A DNA stretch of 64,000 bases from an uncultured Chitinophaga sp. (GCA_964438995.1 CAYTMQ010000004.1:223688-287687); one strand, 5' to 3'; shown: positions 30,096 through 42,208, numbered from the stretch's first letter. Notes: generated by a model from the letters alone, not told the origin. Made by a program: numbers and translations.

Positions 30096-32345
30096 TTGCT
30101 GTATCAGTATATGGCGGAAGGCGAAATATCCATTTTAGAAAGAGAAGAAATTGAACGCAAAGAAATATTGAAGCGTTACAAATCTTTATTAAGGTCGATT
30201 AGACATGACTTAACTCCCGAGCAAAAGAAAGGTATTAGAGCAGCATTCGATTTGGCTCTAGATGCTCACAAAGATATGCGCCGTAAGTCGGGCGAACCTT
30301 ACATCTACCACCCTATAGCTGTTGCTAGAATAGCCTCTCAAGAATTGGGACTTGGTACCACTTCTATCATTTGCGCGTTAATTCACGATGTTGTTGAAGA
30401 CAGTGATTACACTGTTGATGATATCAAAAGAAAATTTGGTGATAAGGTCGCTAAAATTGTCGATGGTCTTACCAAAATTAAAGAGGTTTTCGACCATACC
30501 GACAGCATGCAAGCCGAAAATTTCAGGAAGATGTTATTGACGCTTTCTGATGATGTAAGGGTGATTCTTGTAAAGTTGTGCGACCGCATGCACAATATGA
30601 GAACGCTTGAGAGTATGAGCCGCAAAAACCAACTTAAAATTGCCAGTGAAACACTATTTCTCTACGCACCCCTCGCCCACCGTTTAGGACTATACAACAT
30701 CAAATCTGAGCTTGAAGACTTATCCATCAAGTATACCCAAAGGGAAGCTTATAAAGACATCTCTGCTAAGTTAAATGCAAAAAAAGCAGCTAGAGATAGA
30801 TACATCAGAAAGTTTATTGAACCTATTAAAGAAAAACTTGAAGGCACCAATTTAAAATTTGAAATCAAAGGTCGTCCGAAAAGCATCTATTCAATTTTGA
30901 AAAAGATGAAACAACAGGACATTCCTTTCGAACAGGTATACGACTTGTTTGCCATAAGAATCATTTTAGATTCTGAACCTGACAAAGAAAAAGCCGATTG
31001 CTGGACAGCGTATTCTATTGTGACCGATATTTACAAACCAAATCCTTCTAGAACACGCGACTGGATTACCACGCCGAAAAGCAATGGTTATGAAAGCTTG
31101 CACACCACCGTGATGGGTACAGATGGTAAATGGGTTGAGGTCCAAATTAGAACCCAGAGAATGGACGAGATTGCTGAAAAAGGTTATGCCGCTCACTGGA
31201 AATATAAAAACTCTAAAGACGGAATAGCCAACGAAAACCAATCTGGTGTTGATGGATGGTTGGCAAGAATCAAAGAAATTCTTGAGAACCCTTCTAACAA
31301 TGCTCTTGAATTTTTAGATGACTTTAAATTGCAATTGATACACGAAGAAATTTTTGTATTTACACCCAATGGAGATTTAAAGAAAATGCCGAAAGGCGCA
31401 TCGGCATTAGACTTTGCATTTGAAATACACACCCAAGTTGGTAGCAAATGTATAGGTGCAAAAGTCAACAACAAGCTTGTTCCTATCAGTCATATTTTAT
31501 CCAACGGAGATCAGGTAGAAATTCTAACTTCAGAAAAGCAACACCCTCGCGAAGAGTGGCTTCAAATAGTTATTACAGGTAAAGCCATTGCCCGTATTCG
31601 CAATTTCTTAAGAGAATCCAAACGCGAGCTTGCAGAAAAAGGCAAAGACATTCTTAAAAAGAAATTTAGTAAAGAAAAGGTTGTATTTAATGAAGACAAC
31701 ATTCAAAAACTTGTAAGATACTTTAAGGTACAATCCGCTTTAGATTTATATTACTCAATACAGAAAGAGTTGATACCAAGCGACAAATTGGTGATCAACA
31801 ACATCCTCAATAAAAAAGTAACTTCTACAACGCCTAAGACAGTTGAAGAAGTTAGTGCTCCAGTTTTTAAGAATGCCACCAAAGGAGAAATTATTGTTGG
31901 TGATGAATACGATTTGCCATACAGTTTAGCCAAATGTTGTAACCCAATTCCAGGCGATGATATTTTTGGATTTATCACCATTGGAGAAGGTGTTAAAATT
32001 CACAGAACCAATTGTCCAAATTCGGTTTCATTGATGAGTAACTATGGGTATAGAATCATTAAAGCACAATGGAAAAACAGCATAGTTAAGCGTGAAACCA
32101 AATTCTTGGCAGGCATCAAAATAATAGGTATTGACGATGTTGGTATAGTCAGTAGTTTAACAGAAATCATCAGTAAAAACATGGGAGTTAACATGAAATC
32201 TATCACCATTGAGAGTCATGATGGCACCTTTGAAGGCACCATAACAGTGTATGTAGATGACACTAAGCATCTGGACAATTTGATTAAGAACATCAAACTG
32301 AAGCATTCTACTATGGATGTTCACAGAATAGAAATCAGTTCTTAA
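30096..32345 (+). CDS. relA/spoT: bifunctional (p)ppGpp synthetase/hydrolase
   Basis: HD domain HDVVEDS, synthetase RPKSIYSILKKM, TGS and ACT domains. The ATG at 30111 may be the true start. Confidence 0.95.
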   Translation: MLYQYMAEGEISILEREEIERKEILKRYKSLLRSIRHDLTPEQKKGIRAAFDLALDAHKDMRRKSGEPYIYHPIAVARIASQELGLGTTSIICALIHDVVEDSDYTVDDIKRKFGDKVAKIVDGLTKIKEVFDHTDSMQAENFRKMLLTLSDDVRVILVKLCDRMHNMRTLESMSRKNQLKIASETLFLYAPLAHRLGLYNIKSELEDLSIKYTQREAYKDISAKLNAKKAARDRYIRKFIEPIKEKLEGTNLKFEIKGRPKSIYSILKKMKQQDIPFEQVYDLFAIRIILDSEPDKEKADCWTAYSIVTDIYKPNPSRTRDWITTPKSNGYESLHTTVMGTDGKWVEVQIRTQRMDEIAEKGYAAHWKYKNSKDGIANENQSGVDGWLARIKEILENPSNNALEFLDDFKLQLIHEEIFVFTPNGDLKKMPKGASALDFAFEIHTQVGSKCIGAKVNNKLVPISHILSNGDQVEILTSEKQHPREEWLQIVITGKAIARIRNFLRESKRELAEKGKDILKKKFSKEKVVFNEDNIQKLVRYFKVQSALDLYYSIQKELIPSDKLVINNILNKKVTSTTPKTVEEVSAPVFKNATKGEIIVGDEYDLPYSLAKCCNPIPGDDIFGFITIGEGVKIHRTNCPNSVSLMSNYGYRIIKAQWKNSIVKRETKFLAGIKIIGIDDVGIVSSLTEIISKNMGVNMKSITIESHDGTFEGTITVYVDDTKHLDNLIKNIKLKHSTMDVHRIEISS

Positions 32346-32399
32346 AAAAATCGTTAATAAGATTGTGATAAAAGCCAATTTCTTAACCAAAATACGCCG

Positions 32400-32407
32400 T
32401 ATATTTG
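32400..32407 (+). promoter_or_regulatory. candidate -7 box TATATTTG just upstream of fur
   Basis: Matches TAnnTTTG; only 6 nt before the ATG at 32414. Confidence 0.3.
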
Positions 32408-32413
32408 CACTTT

Positions 32414-32920
32414 ATGCAAGCCTCGAATGATAAAGTCAAGAAGGTAAAACTGGAGGTTAGAAAAATCTTCACTGCATATCTGGAGAAGAACAAACAGCGC
32501 AAAACTCCGGAGCGATACGCCATACTCGATGAAATCTACACCCACAAAGAACATTTTGATGTAGATACTTTGTTCATTCACATGAAGAATAGAAAGTACA
32601 GAGTAAGTAGAGCAACCGTTTACAATACATTAGATTTACTATTAGACAGCGGACTAGTAAAGCGCCATCAATTTGGTAAAAACATGGCGATGTACGAACA
32701 AAGCTATGGTTACAGTCAGCACGACCATTTGATATGTTTGTATTGTAACAAGGTATTAGAATTTTGCGATCCAAGAATTCAACAAATAAAAAGCACAATG
32801 GGTGATATGTTGGGATTTGAAGTCAACCACCATTCTCTTCATTTGTATGCTAATCCAAAAACAGATAAATCAGGCAAATGCGTCAGCTGCCAAATAGAAG
32901 TAATAAACAAAGATGAATAA
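32414..32920 (+). CDS. fur: Fur family transcriptional regulator
   Basis: ...[11 protein letters not shown]... DNA-binding; [17 protein letters not shown] metal site. The TTG at 32405 falls inside the -7 box and is rejected as the start. Confidence 0.9.
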   Translation: MQASNDKVKKVKLEVRKIFTAYLEKNKQRKTPERYAILDEIYTHKEHFDVDTLFIHMKNRKYRVSRATVYNTLDLLLDSGLVKRHQFGKNMAMYEQSYGYSQHDHLICLYCNKVLEFCDPRIQQIKSTMGDMLGFEVNHHSLHLYANPKTDKSGKCVSCQIEVINKDE

Positions 32921-34181
32921 AGTAGATGTCGTATTAGGCTTACAATGGGGAGATGAAGGCAAAGGAAAGATTGCAGATTTCTTAACTCCAAATTATCAAG
33001 TCATCGCAAGATTTCAAGGTGGTCCAAATGCAGGACATTCTCTTAAATTCAATGGTCAAACCCATGTCTTGAATACCATTCCATCTGGTATATTCCACAA
33101 CACTTGTCTTAACATCATTGGCAATGGTGTGGTTGTAGATCCTGTGCGCATTAAAGCAGAAATAGAACGCGTTATTGCCGCTGGTGCTGATGTTAAAAGC
33201 AATTTGGTTTTCTCTAAAAAAGCCCACATCATTTTACCAACTCATCGTTTATTAGATGCCGCTAGCGAGCATGCAAAAGGTGATTCAAAAATCGGCTCAA
33301 CTCTTAGAGGTATTGGTCCGACTTACAGAGATAAAATTGGTAGAAATGGCCTAAGAATAGGTGATATTTTTACGGCAGATTTTGAAAAAAAATACAATGC
33401 TATAAAGGATGATCACATCAAATTGATTGGTTTTTTAGGCTATACGGATTTTGATTTACCTGCTCTTGAAAAAGAATTCTTTGAAGCTTGCGAATACCTA
33501 AAAGAATTTAAAAATACTGACTCAGAATATTTGGTCAATTCACTCATTCCTACCCATAAAATACTTGCAGAAGGTGCTCAAGGTAGTATGTTGGATATTG
33601 ACTTTGGTTCATATCCGTTTGTTACATCAAGCAACACTGTAAGTGGTGGTGTTTGCAACGGTTTGGGCGTTGCACCTCAACATATTGGCAAAGTATACGG
33701 TATCTTTAAAGCGTATTGTACACGTGTAGGTAGCGGACCATTCCCAACTGAATTATTGGATGAGACTGGTGAAGAATTGCGCAAAAAAGGTCACGAATTT
33801 GGCGCTACAACAGGCAGACCGCGAAGATGTGGTTGGTTGGATTTAGTGGCTTTAAAATATGCCATCATGCTATCAGGTGTAAACTTTTTAATCATGATGA
33901 AAAGCGATGTATTAAGCGAGTTTGATGAGGTAAAAGTATGTACGTCATACAAAGTAGATGGTGTTGAAAGCACTCAAGTACCTTACGACTTATGTACTTC
34001 AAAAGTTGAACCTGTTTATACCACTTTCAAAGGATGGAAAGAAGATTTAACCATTTGCAGAAGTAAAAACGATTTACCAGAAAACTTCAACACATATCTC
34101 AACTTTTTAGAGAAAGAATTGGGCATGCCAATTCAAATTATCTCTGTTGGTCCTGATAGAGAACAAACAATTGTAGCATAA
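32913..34181 (+). CDS. purA: adenylosuccinate synthetase
   Basis: [16 protein letters not shown]-loop; GIGPTY; [13 protein letters not shown]. Confidence 0.95.
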   Translation: MNKVDVVLGLQWGDEGKGKIADFLTPNYQVIARFQGGPNAGHSLKFNGQTHVLNTIPSGIFHNTCLNIIGNGVVVDPVRIKAEIERVIAAGADVKSNLVFSKKAHIILPTHRLLDAASEHAKGDSKIGSTLRGIGPTYRDKIGRNGLRIGDIFTADFEKKYNAIKDDHIKLIGFLGYTDFDLPALEKEFFEACEYLKEFKNTDSEYLVNSLIPTHKILAEGAQGSMLDIDFGSYPFVTSSNTVSGGVCNGLGVAPQHIGKVYGIFKAYCTRVGSGPFPTELLDETGEELRKKGHEFGATTGRPRRCGWLDLVALKYAIMLSGVNFLIMMKSDVLSEFDEVKVCTSYKVDGVESTQVPYDLCTSKVEPVYTTFKGWKEDLTICRSKNDLPENFNTYLNFLEKELGMPIQIISVGPDREQTIVA

Positions 34182-34381
34182 ACTATTTTTATGCTTTGAA
34201 ATTGTATACTTCTCTTTTTCAATGCTTTTAATTTTGTATAATGTTTACAGAAATTGATTAAACAATTTTCCAATTGTAAGCGTTGTGTCAAATTTCTCCA
34301 AGAATGGTAAAATTTTATTCACAAACTGAACAAAATTGTCAATTCAGTTGTAATTTTAACGTGAACTTAACATCATCATAT

Positions 34382-37300
34382 ATGAATAAATTTTCCTACA
34401 CAATTTTAATTTTGTTTATGTTAGGTATAGGCCAGAAGGTTTATGCCCAACAAAACGTTGCACCTCAGGCAACAGTTACAGCAAGTACTTGTAACACGGG
34501 AGCTTGCGCAACACTCAATGATTTGGCTTTAGGTACCTGTGGTACCCAAATCATGTGGATCACTACTGCAACCCCACCTGATCTAACAGCGGGTGTCAAT
34601 TGGATTCAATGGGATTGGACTAGCGTTAAATCAGTAAATAGTTTTGTTATCCATCATGCTCAAACTAATACCAGATTTTTAAATGGAGGTACCATTCAAT
34701 CTTGGAATGGTAGCGCATGGGTAACAGTTTCAACATTTTTGAATTTAACACCTGCATGTAGCAGTGTTGTTAATTTCCCTACAACAAACACCCAAAGATT
34801 GAGAATTACTTCATTCAGAATGAGTGGTACTCAACTTTCAAATCCAAATTTCAGAGAAATTGAAATATACGGACCAAGTGTTAACAACGATGCGGCTGTT
34901 ACTTTGCTTAGCTCATTGAACACTTGTACTTACGGTCAAAAAATTGACGCTACAGTTACCAATCTTGGTAAAAAAAGATTGGATAGTTTTAGATTGTACT
35001 GGTCTGTTAACAACGTTCAACAGTCTGTTCAATACCTAACCAGTTCTTTAAATACAGGTCAATCTGCAGTGTACAACCTTACTGCAAATTATACTTTTAG
35101 TCCGAATACTTTATACACTATTAGAGCATGGACCGACTTGCCAAACGGCACAGTTGACTCAGTGTCAAGTAACGATTTATTTACAAGTGTATTAGATTTC
35201 ATGGGTGCTGCAAGTGCGCCAACTACTACAGATTTTGTTCAATGTGGCAGAGCTGTTCCTAGATTGGTTGCAACAACGGCCAACCCTGCAGATTCAGTAT
35301 TTTGGTACGATGCAGCTACAGGGGGTAATTTATTAGGATTTGGTAAATCTATCAATGGTCCTTTCACTCCTTCTACTAGAACATTCTATGCAGAAGCTGC
35401 CAAATTGAGTAAGAATTTCAGATTGACAACTTCTCAAACAACTGGTGTAAACGTAAGACAAACTGAACCATATGGTGGTATGCAAACCATCATCACTAAC
35501 AAGCAAATTTTATTAGACAGTATTCAGTTTAGATTGTGGTACGCAACCCCTGTAAACTGTGGATATCAGTTGTACTATAAAACAGGTGCACACACTGGAT
35601 TTTTAACAAACCCTAGTGCATGGACCAAATTAAATGAAGGTGTAATAACTTACATTACTGTTGGTGGTATTAACTATGGAAGAGTATCCGCAAAAAGTTT
35701 AAACTTACCTGCTGGAACTTATGCTTTCTATTTAACTACCGATTTAGATTTCGGTGCTGGTAACTCTTTGTATAGCACAAGTGCTGGTCCTGGCGCTAGT
35801 AATGCTGATATGGCCATTCAAACTGGTGGTAACATTATTATCGGTAAATTTGGTTCTACCCAAACACTTACTTACCAACCTGAGTTGATGTACATCTACA
35901 AAAATCAATGTGTATCAACCAGCAGAACTGCACTTACAGTAACTGTTAAACCAACTCCAATTGGTGCATCAGTTGTTCAAAGCACTCCATTCGAAGGTCA
36001 ATTCAATTTTGGCAACATCACAACACCTGATGTTATTGAAGTTGGTAAAACTCTAACTTACGAGTTGATTCCTCCTACTGGATTTGCGAACTCTGGTCAT
36101 GGTACCACTTGGTTTGTATCTAATGTTTCAGCAAAAACAACTTACAACATCACTGTACCTAGTTCAGAATATACTGTAACTGCTCCTGCAGGAGGTAATC
36201 CAGGTACATTAAGTTTCAAACCTAATTCGACTTGGTTGGATAGTTTCATTACATTTAGTGTAAAAGTTGCCGACTTAGGACCGCATTTCTGTGATTCAAC
36301 CATCACAAGAACCATATATGTAGCTCCTACACCAAAGCCTAACTTTAAATTCCCTACTTCAATTTGTTTAGGAGATCAAACATTGTTCGAAAATATTTCG
36401 ACCATTCACTCTGGCGTATGTTCATATAAATGGGATTTTGGCGATGGTGATACCTCATCGTTCAATTCACCAGTTCACGAATTCAAAAACCCAGGTACAT
36501 ATTTCGTTAAGTTAACTGCTACTTCATTCAGATGGAATGTTTCTAATGATACCACTATTCAAGTAAATATTGGGGAAGTTCCTTTAGTGGATTTCAGAGT
36601 TAAAAATGCTTGTCAAGGTTCGTCAATTGAGTTGACCAACTTAACAGTTATCGGAAATGGTACTTTGAGTTATGTTTGGAGTTTTGGTGACAATTCAGCC
36701 AACACTACCTCAGTAAATGCGACTAAAACATACGCTGTTCCTGGTCCATATTTGGTAACCTTAACGGCTGAAGCTGGTGGATGTGTAGCTACAAAATCAA
36801 AAGTAGTATATCAATTCGCTAAACCAGTTGCAAGTTATAACAAAGTTCAAGGTGAATGTTTGAATGATGAATTCCAATTCACCAATACATCAACCATATC
36901 TTTAGGTCAGTTTGGTAACAAGTGGGACTTTAATGACCAAAACAATTTTGGTACTGATTTGAACACTTCATACAAATTTGCTACCGCAGGTACCAAAAAT
37001 GTAAAATTGATTGTTATCTCAGAATTTGGATGTCTTGATTCTATCTCTAAAAATATAGTTGTTAAACAAATCCCGATTGTTGACTTCGATTATCCTTATG
37101 CTTGTGATAGATCAGCAACTCCATTTAACAACCTAACCAATACCCAAGGCGAAACCATTTTGAGATACGACTGGAACTTTGGCAATAATATTACATCTAC
37201 TTTGGTAAATCCTAATGTTAACTGGCCAAGTACTGGTAACAGAAATGTGGTATTAAAAGCTACATTAGCCAATGGTTGTAGCGCAGATAAAGTAAAAAAC

Positions 37301-38080
37301 ATTTTCGTAGGTGTACAACCTAAAGCTGATTTTGAATTCGCAGACCAATGTTCTGACCAAGCTGTAAACTTTACAAACTTGAGCACATATTCAAATGGTA
37401 AAATTGAGTATTCATGGAATTTTGGTGATAAAAATACAAGCAAATTGGCTTCTCCAACTCATACTTACAATTCTACAACAGTTACTCAAACGTATTTTGT
37501 TCAATTGAAAGCAAGTATCGAAGGTGGTTGTCAAGATTCAATCATCAAAGGAGTAACCATCAATCCATTGCCTACTACTTGTAACTTTGATGTTCAAAGA
37601 AACTGGTCAGTAAATCCAAGAAACTACGTGTTCACACCAACAGGTGGCAGCATGAGTGGTATCGACTACACTTGGATTTTAGGTGATGGTAACAGAAAAA
37701 CTAGCTCTAACAACGGAACAGATTACACCTACAAAGGCAACATCAAATATTGTATCACAATGATTGCTAAAAATGGTGCTGATTGCGAATGTTATGCAAC
37801 AAAATGTATCACAGTTAACACATCTGTTGACGACCAGGCAATAGCCACTTCATTCAATGTGTATCCAAACCCAAGTGCTGGTATTTTTACCATTAGTTCT
37901 GACAACAGCGATGAATCATTCAAAGTAGAAATTTACAATGCTATAGGTGAACTCATCACAGAGAAAACTGTACTTGGCAGCGACAACTTTGACTTAAGTC
38001 AAGTTGCTTCTGGTATTTACACAGCAAGAATTACAACAGCTCAAGGTGTATTAACACAAATGATTACTATCAACAACTAA
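34382..38080 (+). CDS. large PKD-repeat surface protein with a T9SS C-terminal sorting domain
   Basis: Signal MNKFSYTILILFMLGIGQKVYAQ; several WDFGDG.../WSFGDN... PKD units; C-terminal ...FNVYPNPSAGIFTISS...GIYTARITT. Confidence 0.8.
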   Translation: MNKFSYTILILFMLGIGQKVYAQQNVAPQATVTASTCNTGACATLNDLALGTCGTQIMWITTATPPDLTAGVNWIQWDWTSVKSVNSFVIHHAQTNTRFLNGGTIQSWNGSAWVTVSTFLNLTPACSSVVNFPTTNTQRLRITSFRMSGTQLSNPNFREIEIYGPSVNNDAAVTLLSSLNTCTYGQKIDATVTNLGKKRLDSFRLYWSVNNVQQSVQYLTSSLNTGQSAVYNLTANYTFSPNTLYTIRAWTDLPNGTVDSVSSNDLFTSVLDFMGAASAPTTTDFVQCGRAVPRLVATTANPADSVFWYDAATGGNLLGFGKSINGPFTPSTRTFYAEAAKLSKNFRLTTSQTTGVNVRQTEPYGGMQTIITNKQILLDSIQFRLWYATPVNCGYQLYYKTGAHTGFLTNPSAWTKLNEGVITYITVGGINYGRVSAKSLNLPAGTYAFYLTTDLDFGAGNSLYSTSAGPGASNADMAIQTGGNIIIGKFGSTQTLTYQPELMYIYKNQCVSTSRTALTVTVKPTPIGASVVQSTPFEGQFNFGNITTPDVIEVGKTLTYELIPPTGFANSGHGTTWFVSNVSAKTTYNITVPSSEYTVTAPAGGNPGTLSFKPNSTWLDSFITFSVKVADLGPHFCDSTITRTIYVAPTPKPNFKFPTSICLGDQTLFENISTIHSGVCSYKWDFGDGDTSSFNSPVHEFKNPGTYFVKLTATSFRWNVSNDTTIQVNIGEVPLVDFRVKNACQGSSIELTNLTVIGNGTLSYVWSFGDNSANTTSVNATKTYAVPGPYLVTLTAEAGGCVATKSKVVYQFAKPVASYNKVQGECLNDEFQFTNTSTISLGQFGNKWDFNDQNNFGTDLNTSYKFATAGTKNVKLIVISEFGCLDSISKNIVVKQIPIVDFDYPYACDRSATPFNNLTNTQGETILRYDWNFGNNITSTLVNPNVNWPSTGNRNVVLKATLANGCSADKVKNIFVGVQPKADFEFADQCSDQAVNFTNLSTYSNGKIEYSWNFGDKNTSKLASPTHTYNSTTVTQTYFVQLKASIEGGCQDSIIKGVTINPLPTTCNFDVQRNWSVNPRNYVFTPTGGSMSGIDYTWILGDGNRKTSSNNGTDYTYKGNIKYCITMIAKNGADCECYATKCITVNTSVDDQAIATSFNVYPNPSAGIFTISSDNSDESFKVEIYNAIGELITEKTVLGSDNFDLSQVASGIYTARITTAQGVLTQMITINN

Positions 38081-38093
38081 ATAAGCTAACCAC

Positions 38094-41000
38094 ATGAATA
38101 ATTTCAATAAAATATCACATTACTTCACCTTTAGGATTGTCTTCTTGATGGTTCTAATGAGTGGCATATCCATTAACTCTTTAAATGCACAATATTGTAC
38201 TTCTGCTGCAACAAACGCAGCTGACGAAGATATTGCAAGAGTTACGTTACAAGGTAACACAGTAAAATTAGATAATATCTCTAATACTTCTCCAGGTGTA
38301 AACTGTCAGCTTTATACAGATTATACCAGTTTGCAAGCAGTAGATTTAACTGCCGGTAGCACTTATACCATTTCTATAGTTTCTACTACTTGTGGTGGTG
38401 TATTTACTCACAGATCATTGGCTTGGATAGATTACAACCAAAACTTCGCTTTTGAATCTGGTGAAGCTGTTGCTCCTGCTGCGTCAACGTCTACAGGTAA
38501 CCCATTTACTTTCACATATACGTTTACCGTACCTTGTAATGTAAAAACTGGTAATACCAGATTAAGAGTTGTTTTAATCGAAGGTACCATTGCCAATCCA
38601 GGTAATGCTTGTGGCACTTACACTTGGGGTGAAACAGAAGACTACACGGTTAATATGAGTTTACCAAGCTCTTTGGCTGCTAATTTCATAGCACCTAATT
38701 CAGTTTGGATCAAATCAGTTACTACTTTTATAAACAGCAACCAAACAGGTTACATTACCCATACTTGGGATGCCAATAACGATGGCACAATCGAAGCTCC
38801 AAATTCTGTTAATTTCAATTATACTTGGAACAGCGGAGGCACAAAATGTGTTAAACTAAAAAGCTCAAACTGTTTAGGCAAAGACAGTATCGTAAAATGT
38901 TTGACTGTTAATGTTCCAACTGCTGTGCCTGTTGCAAACTTTGTAACCAACAAAAGTTTGGTTGAACAATACCAAACAGCAATATTCTATGACTTGTCAA
39001 CCAATGGCGCTTATAAATGGTTGTGGAAAGTGTATGATTCTACAGATGTTAATGATGTAAAAGACATTGCATCTGGTGATGTTACACCTGACCCATTTTT
39101 AACTGGGGCAAATGAAACGACTGGAAAACCAGAATTCGCATTTAACCGCCCTGGTTGTTATACTGTCGAACTTGTGAGTACCAATGATATTGGTAACTCT
39201 GCTCCTGTTGTTAAAAAATGTTATATCACTGTTATTTCTCCAACAGAATACGTATTAGGTTTCGGAACTTATGGTCCGAATAGCGATAACGTTGTTGAAA
39301 GTCCATCTGGTACAATCTTCGACAATGGTGGTAAAAATGGTAACTACGGCAACAACCAAGGTTTAGGAACCCGTTCATACTTGCAAATCACACCTTGTAA
39401 TGCTACAAGAATTGAATTAACATTATCTAGATTGAGATTCAATGGCATTGGCGATAGATTGAGAATTTGGGACGGTAAAGGTCCAGGTGGTCCGAATACG
39501 ACTTTACTAGGATCTTTTACAGCAGGTTCAAAAGCACCTCAAACTTTAGTAGCTACTAGTGGTAGCATGTACATCTTATTTGAATCTGACAATACTGGTG
39601 TTGACTCTGGTTTTGCTGGTTCTTATACGTCTATTCTTGGTACAGGTAGTGCTCCTACTCCAACGTTTACAACCAACTCTATCCCTTCTTATAATTCTAC
39701 TCCAGTTTTATTCACCAATGCAACTTCAAACATTCTTGGTGTTCCAACTTGGGTATGGTCTGTAGATGGTTCTGAAGCTGGATATAAAAAAGATTTCAAT
39801 TACACCTTCTATACTGATGGTCAATATGAAATCTGTCTAGAAATCAAATCTTGTGTAGGTAATAAAAAGGCTTGTCAAACTATTGATGTAGTAACACCAA
39901 ACACACAAGTTAATTTGGATCTTAAAGCGTCTAATAGACGTCCAGAAGTTAACACATCTGAAGTATTGTTAACACCAATTTCAGATGCTGCAAATAGATA
40001 CGAGTGGACAATTTTCCCAACGACGTATGTTCTTCTAAACCCTCCTGGAAATCCGTCAACGTATGGAACAGGATTTATCAGATACAATGCAACTCCTGGT
40101 GACTCAGTACCTAAACCAAAAATTAGATTCACAGCTCCTGGTTGTTATACCATAGCTCTTAAAGCTTATAACAGCTTAGATCCTACTAATACAACCAAAA
40201 CAATTGTTAAAAACGATTTTGTTTGTGCTCTGGATTATTGTAACCCTACTTCTTTAATCTTGACTACCGACATCGGTATAAACAATGTTAAATTAATGGA
40301 TGGCAATACCTCTTTAATTACAAATGGTAGTAGCTCTGGTTTAGCTGGATATACTGATTATAGCCCTTCTATTGGTGCAGATTTAACGTTTGGTAAAACT
40401 TACACATTAGAAGTAACAAGAAACGTATCTAATGACCCAGCTAATAGAAAAGCTTGGATTGATTGGAACATCGATGGTGACTTTAATGATGCAGATGAAA
40501 TGATCATGATTGAAACTTCATCTTACAACAAAACCATTACAACGTCATTCACAGTTCCAAACATCAACGATGCTTTCGAAGGGAATACCATCTTAAGAAT
40601 TGCAACCAACTTTGATAACGAGGTTACTGCTCCTTGTGGACCATTGACTGCTGGTGAGTATGAAGATTATAGAATTACACTTTACAACGACAGAATGAAA
40701 CCAGTGTTAACTTTAATTGGTGAAGATACTGTTCGTATTGAAAGAAATGCTTCTTATACCGACCCAGGCGCAAAAGCTATTGATGCTTCAGAAGGTGATA
40801 TCAGTAATTTGATTGTTGCTGATTCTGATTTAGATGTTGCGGTACCAGGATTGTACAGCACCAAATATATGGTAACTGATAATTCTGGAAATGAAGCTGA
40901 TCCAATCTACAGATATTACATCGTAGTGAACGATTTAACTCCTCCTGTTATCACATTAAACCCAGGTAGCTCTGGTTGTATTGAAGCAAAAAGAGACAAC

Positions 41001-42191
41001 CAACCTTATGTTGATCCAGGTGCAGTAGCATTCAATACTAATCCATTCATTCCATTAAATTCTGCTATCAGAGTGATTGGTACTGTTAATACTCAAAGAA
41101 CTGGAACATACAAATTGACTTATGTTGTTCAAGATTTTGCAGGTAACATTGCAACTGCTGAAAGAACTGTATGTGTAGAAGACAAAGTTGCTCCAAGAAT
41201 CGAAAACACCAACGATACATTGATTCAAATTGGAAGTGTTTGGGTTAATCAAGTGTCAACATCTGATGACTACGACAACAACCCTACATTGACTAGAACT
41301 TGGTTCCCAGAAATTGTTAATACAACAGTTAAAGGAAACTACACTGCAACATATGTAGCAAGAGATTCTTCTGGTAACAAATCAGCGCCAAAAGTTGTAG
41401 TGTACAGAGTTGATGACTATGTTCCACCTGTAATTGACTTAAACTCTGCTGAGTTGATTTACCATGACGTTGCAACGACTTATGTACCAGTTAAAGTAAC
41501 TGCTTCTGACAATTACTATGGTCCAGGTAACGTAAGTATTACCAAATTTTCTTCCAATGTTAACCAAAACATCATTGGTACATACACAGAAGTTTATAAA
41601 GCAGTGGACGGTTCAAACAACGTTGCTTTCAAAACCAGAACAGTTGTAGTAGTTGACAGACAAGCTCCAACTCTTTGGGGTGGAACCATCTATGGTTGTG
41701 TTGGTGAAAACATCTGGCCTTTCTGGGATTTAACAACTACAGACAACTACTACGGTCCTGATCAATTGCAATCTAGAATCGAAATTGTTGCTCAAAACGT
41801 TAACCCTAATGAAGAAGGCATTTACTACATCACATATAAAGTAACCGACCTATCTGGCAACGTTTCACAACCATTAACCAGACAAGTGATTTACACTTAC
41901 TGGCCAAGATGTATGAACAGCACGGTTAGTGTTAATGATGTAAACAATGACAATGGTTTCAGCGTATTCCCTAACCCAAGTAACGGCAACTTTAAAATCG
42001 ACTTCCAAGGCAAACAAGTTTCAAATGCTGAGGTAAGTGTTATCGATGCTACTGGTAAAGAAGTATACAGTACTGTATTCAACAATACAAGCACTTGCGA
42101 TATCAATTTATCAGATGTTGCAGCTGGTGTTTACAATGTAAGAATCAATTCTCAAGGCACAGTAGTGACTAGAAGAATTGTGATTCAATAA
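38094..42191 (+). CDS. large GEVED- and DUF5011-domain protein with a T9SS C-terminal sorting domain
   Basis: CGTYTWGETEDYTVNM and AGEYEDYRITL (GEVED); repeated YTDPGAKAIDASEGDIS/YVDPGAVAF (DUF5011-like); C-terminal FSVFPNPSNGNFKID...GVYNVRINS. Confidence 0.8.
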   Translation: MNNFNKISHYFTFRIVFLMVLMSGISINSLNAQYCTSAATNAADEDIARVTLQGNTVKLDNISNTSPGVNCQLYTDYTSLQAVDLTAGSTYTISIVSTTCGGVFTHRSLAWIDYNQNFAFESGEAVAPAASTSTGNPFTFTYTFTVPCNVKTGNTRLRVVLIEGTIANPGNACGTYTWGETEDYTVNMSLPSSLAANFIAPNSVWIKSVTTFINSNQTGYITHTWDANNDGTIEAPNSVNFNYTWNSGGTKCVKLKSSNCLGKDSIVKCLTVNVPTAVPVANFVTNKSLVEQYQTAIFYDLSTNGAYKWLWKVYDSTDVNDVKDIASGDVTPDPFLTGANETTGKPEFAFNRPGCYTVELVSTNDIGNSAPVVKKCYITVISPTEYVLGFGTYGPNSDNVVESPSGTIFDNGGKNGNYGNNQGLGTRSYLQITPCNATRIELTLSRLRFNGIGDRLRIWDGKGPGGPNTTLLGSFTAGSKAPQTLVATSGSMYILFESDNTGVDSGFAGSYTSILGTGSAPTPTFTTNSIPSYNSTPVLFTNATSNILGVPTWVWSVDGSEAGYKKDFNYTFYTDGQYEICLEIKSCVGNKKACQTIDVVTPNTQVNLDLKASNRRPEVNTSEVLLTPISDAANRYEWTIFPTTYVLLNPPGNPSTYGTGFIRYNATPGDSVPKPKIRFTAPGCYTIALKAYNSLDPTNTTKTIVKNDFVCALDYCNPTSLILTTDIGINNVKLMDGNTSLITNGSSSGLAGYTDYSPSIGADLTFGKTYTLEVTRNVSNDPANRKAWIDWNIDGDFNDADEMIMIETSSYNKTITTSFTVPNINDAFEGNTILRIATNFDNEVTAPCGPLTAGEYEDYRITLYNDRMKPVLTLIGEDTVRIERNASYTDPGAKAIDASEGDISNLIVADSDLDVAVPGLYSTKYMVTDNSGNEADPIYRYYIVVNDLTPPVITLNPGSSGCIEAKRDNQPYVDPGAVAFNTNPFIPLNSAIRVIGTVNTQRTGTYKLTYVVQDFAGNIATAERTVCVEDKVAPRIENTNDTLIQIGSVWVNQVSTSDDYDNNPTLTRTWFPEIVNTTVKGNYTATYVARDSSGNKSAPKVVVYRVDDYVPPVIDLNSAELIYHDVATTYVPVKVTASDNYYGPGNVSITKFSSNVNQNIIGTYTEVYKAVDGSNNVAFKTRTVVVVDRQAPTLWGGTIYGCVGENIWPFWDLTTTDNYYGPDQLQSRIEIVAQNVNPNEEGIYYITYKVTDLSGNVSQPLTRQVIYTYWPRCMNSTVSVNDVNNDNGFSVFPNPSNGNFKIDFQGKQVSNAEVSVIDATGKEVYSTVFNNTSTCDINLSDVAAGVYNVRINSQGTVVTRRIVIQ

Positions 42192-42208
42192 GACGCTTAG
42201 TCACAATA

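Noticed and set aside
32405-32413. TTG at 32405 as the fur start
   Set aside because: It falls within the candidate -7 promoter box. The ATG at 32414 gives a normal Fur N-terminus.
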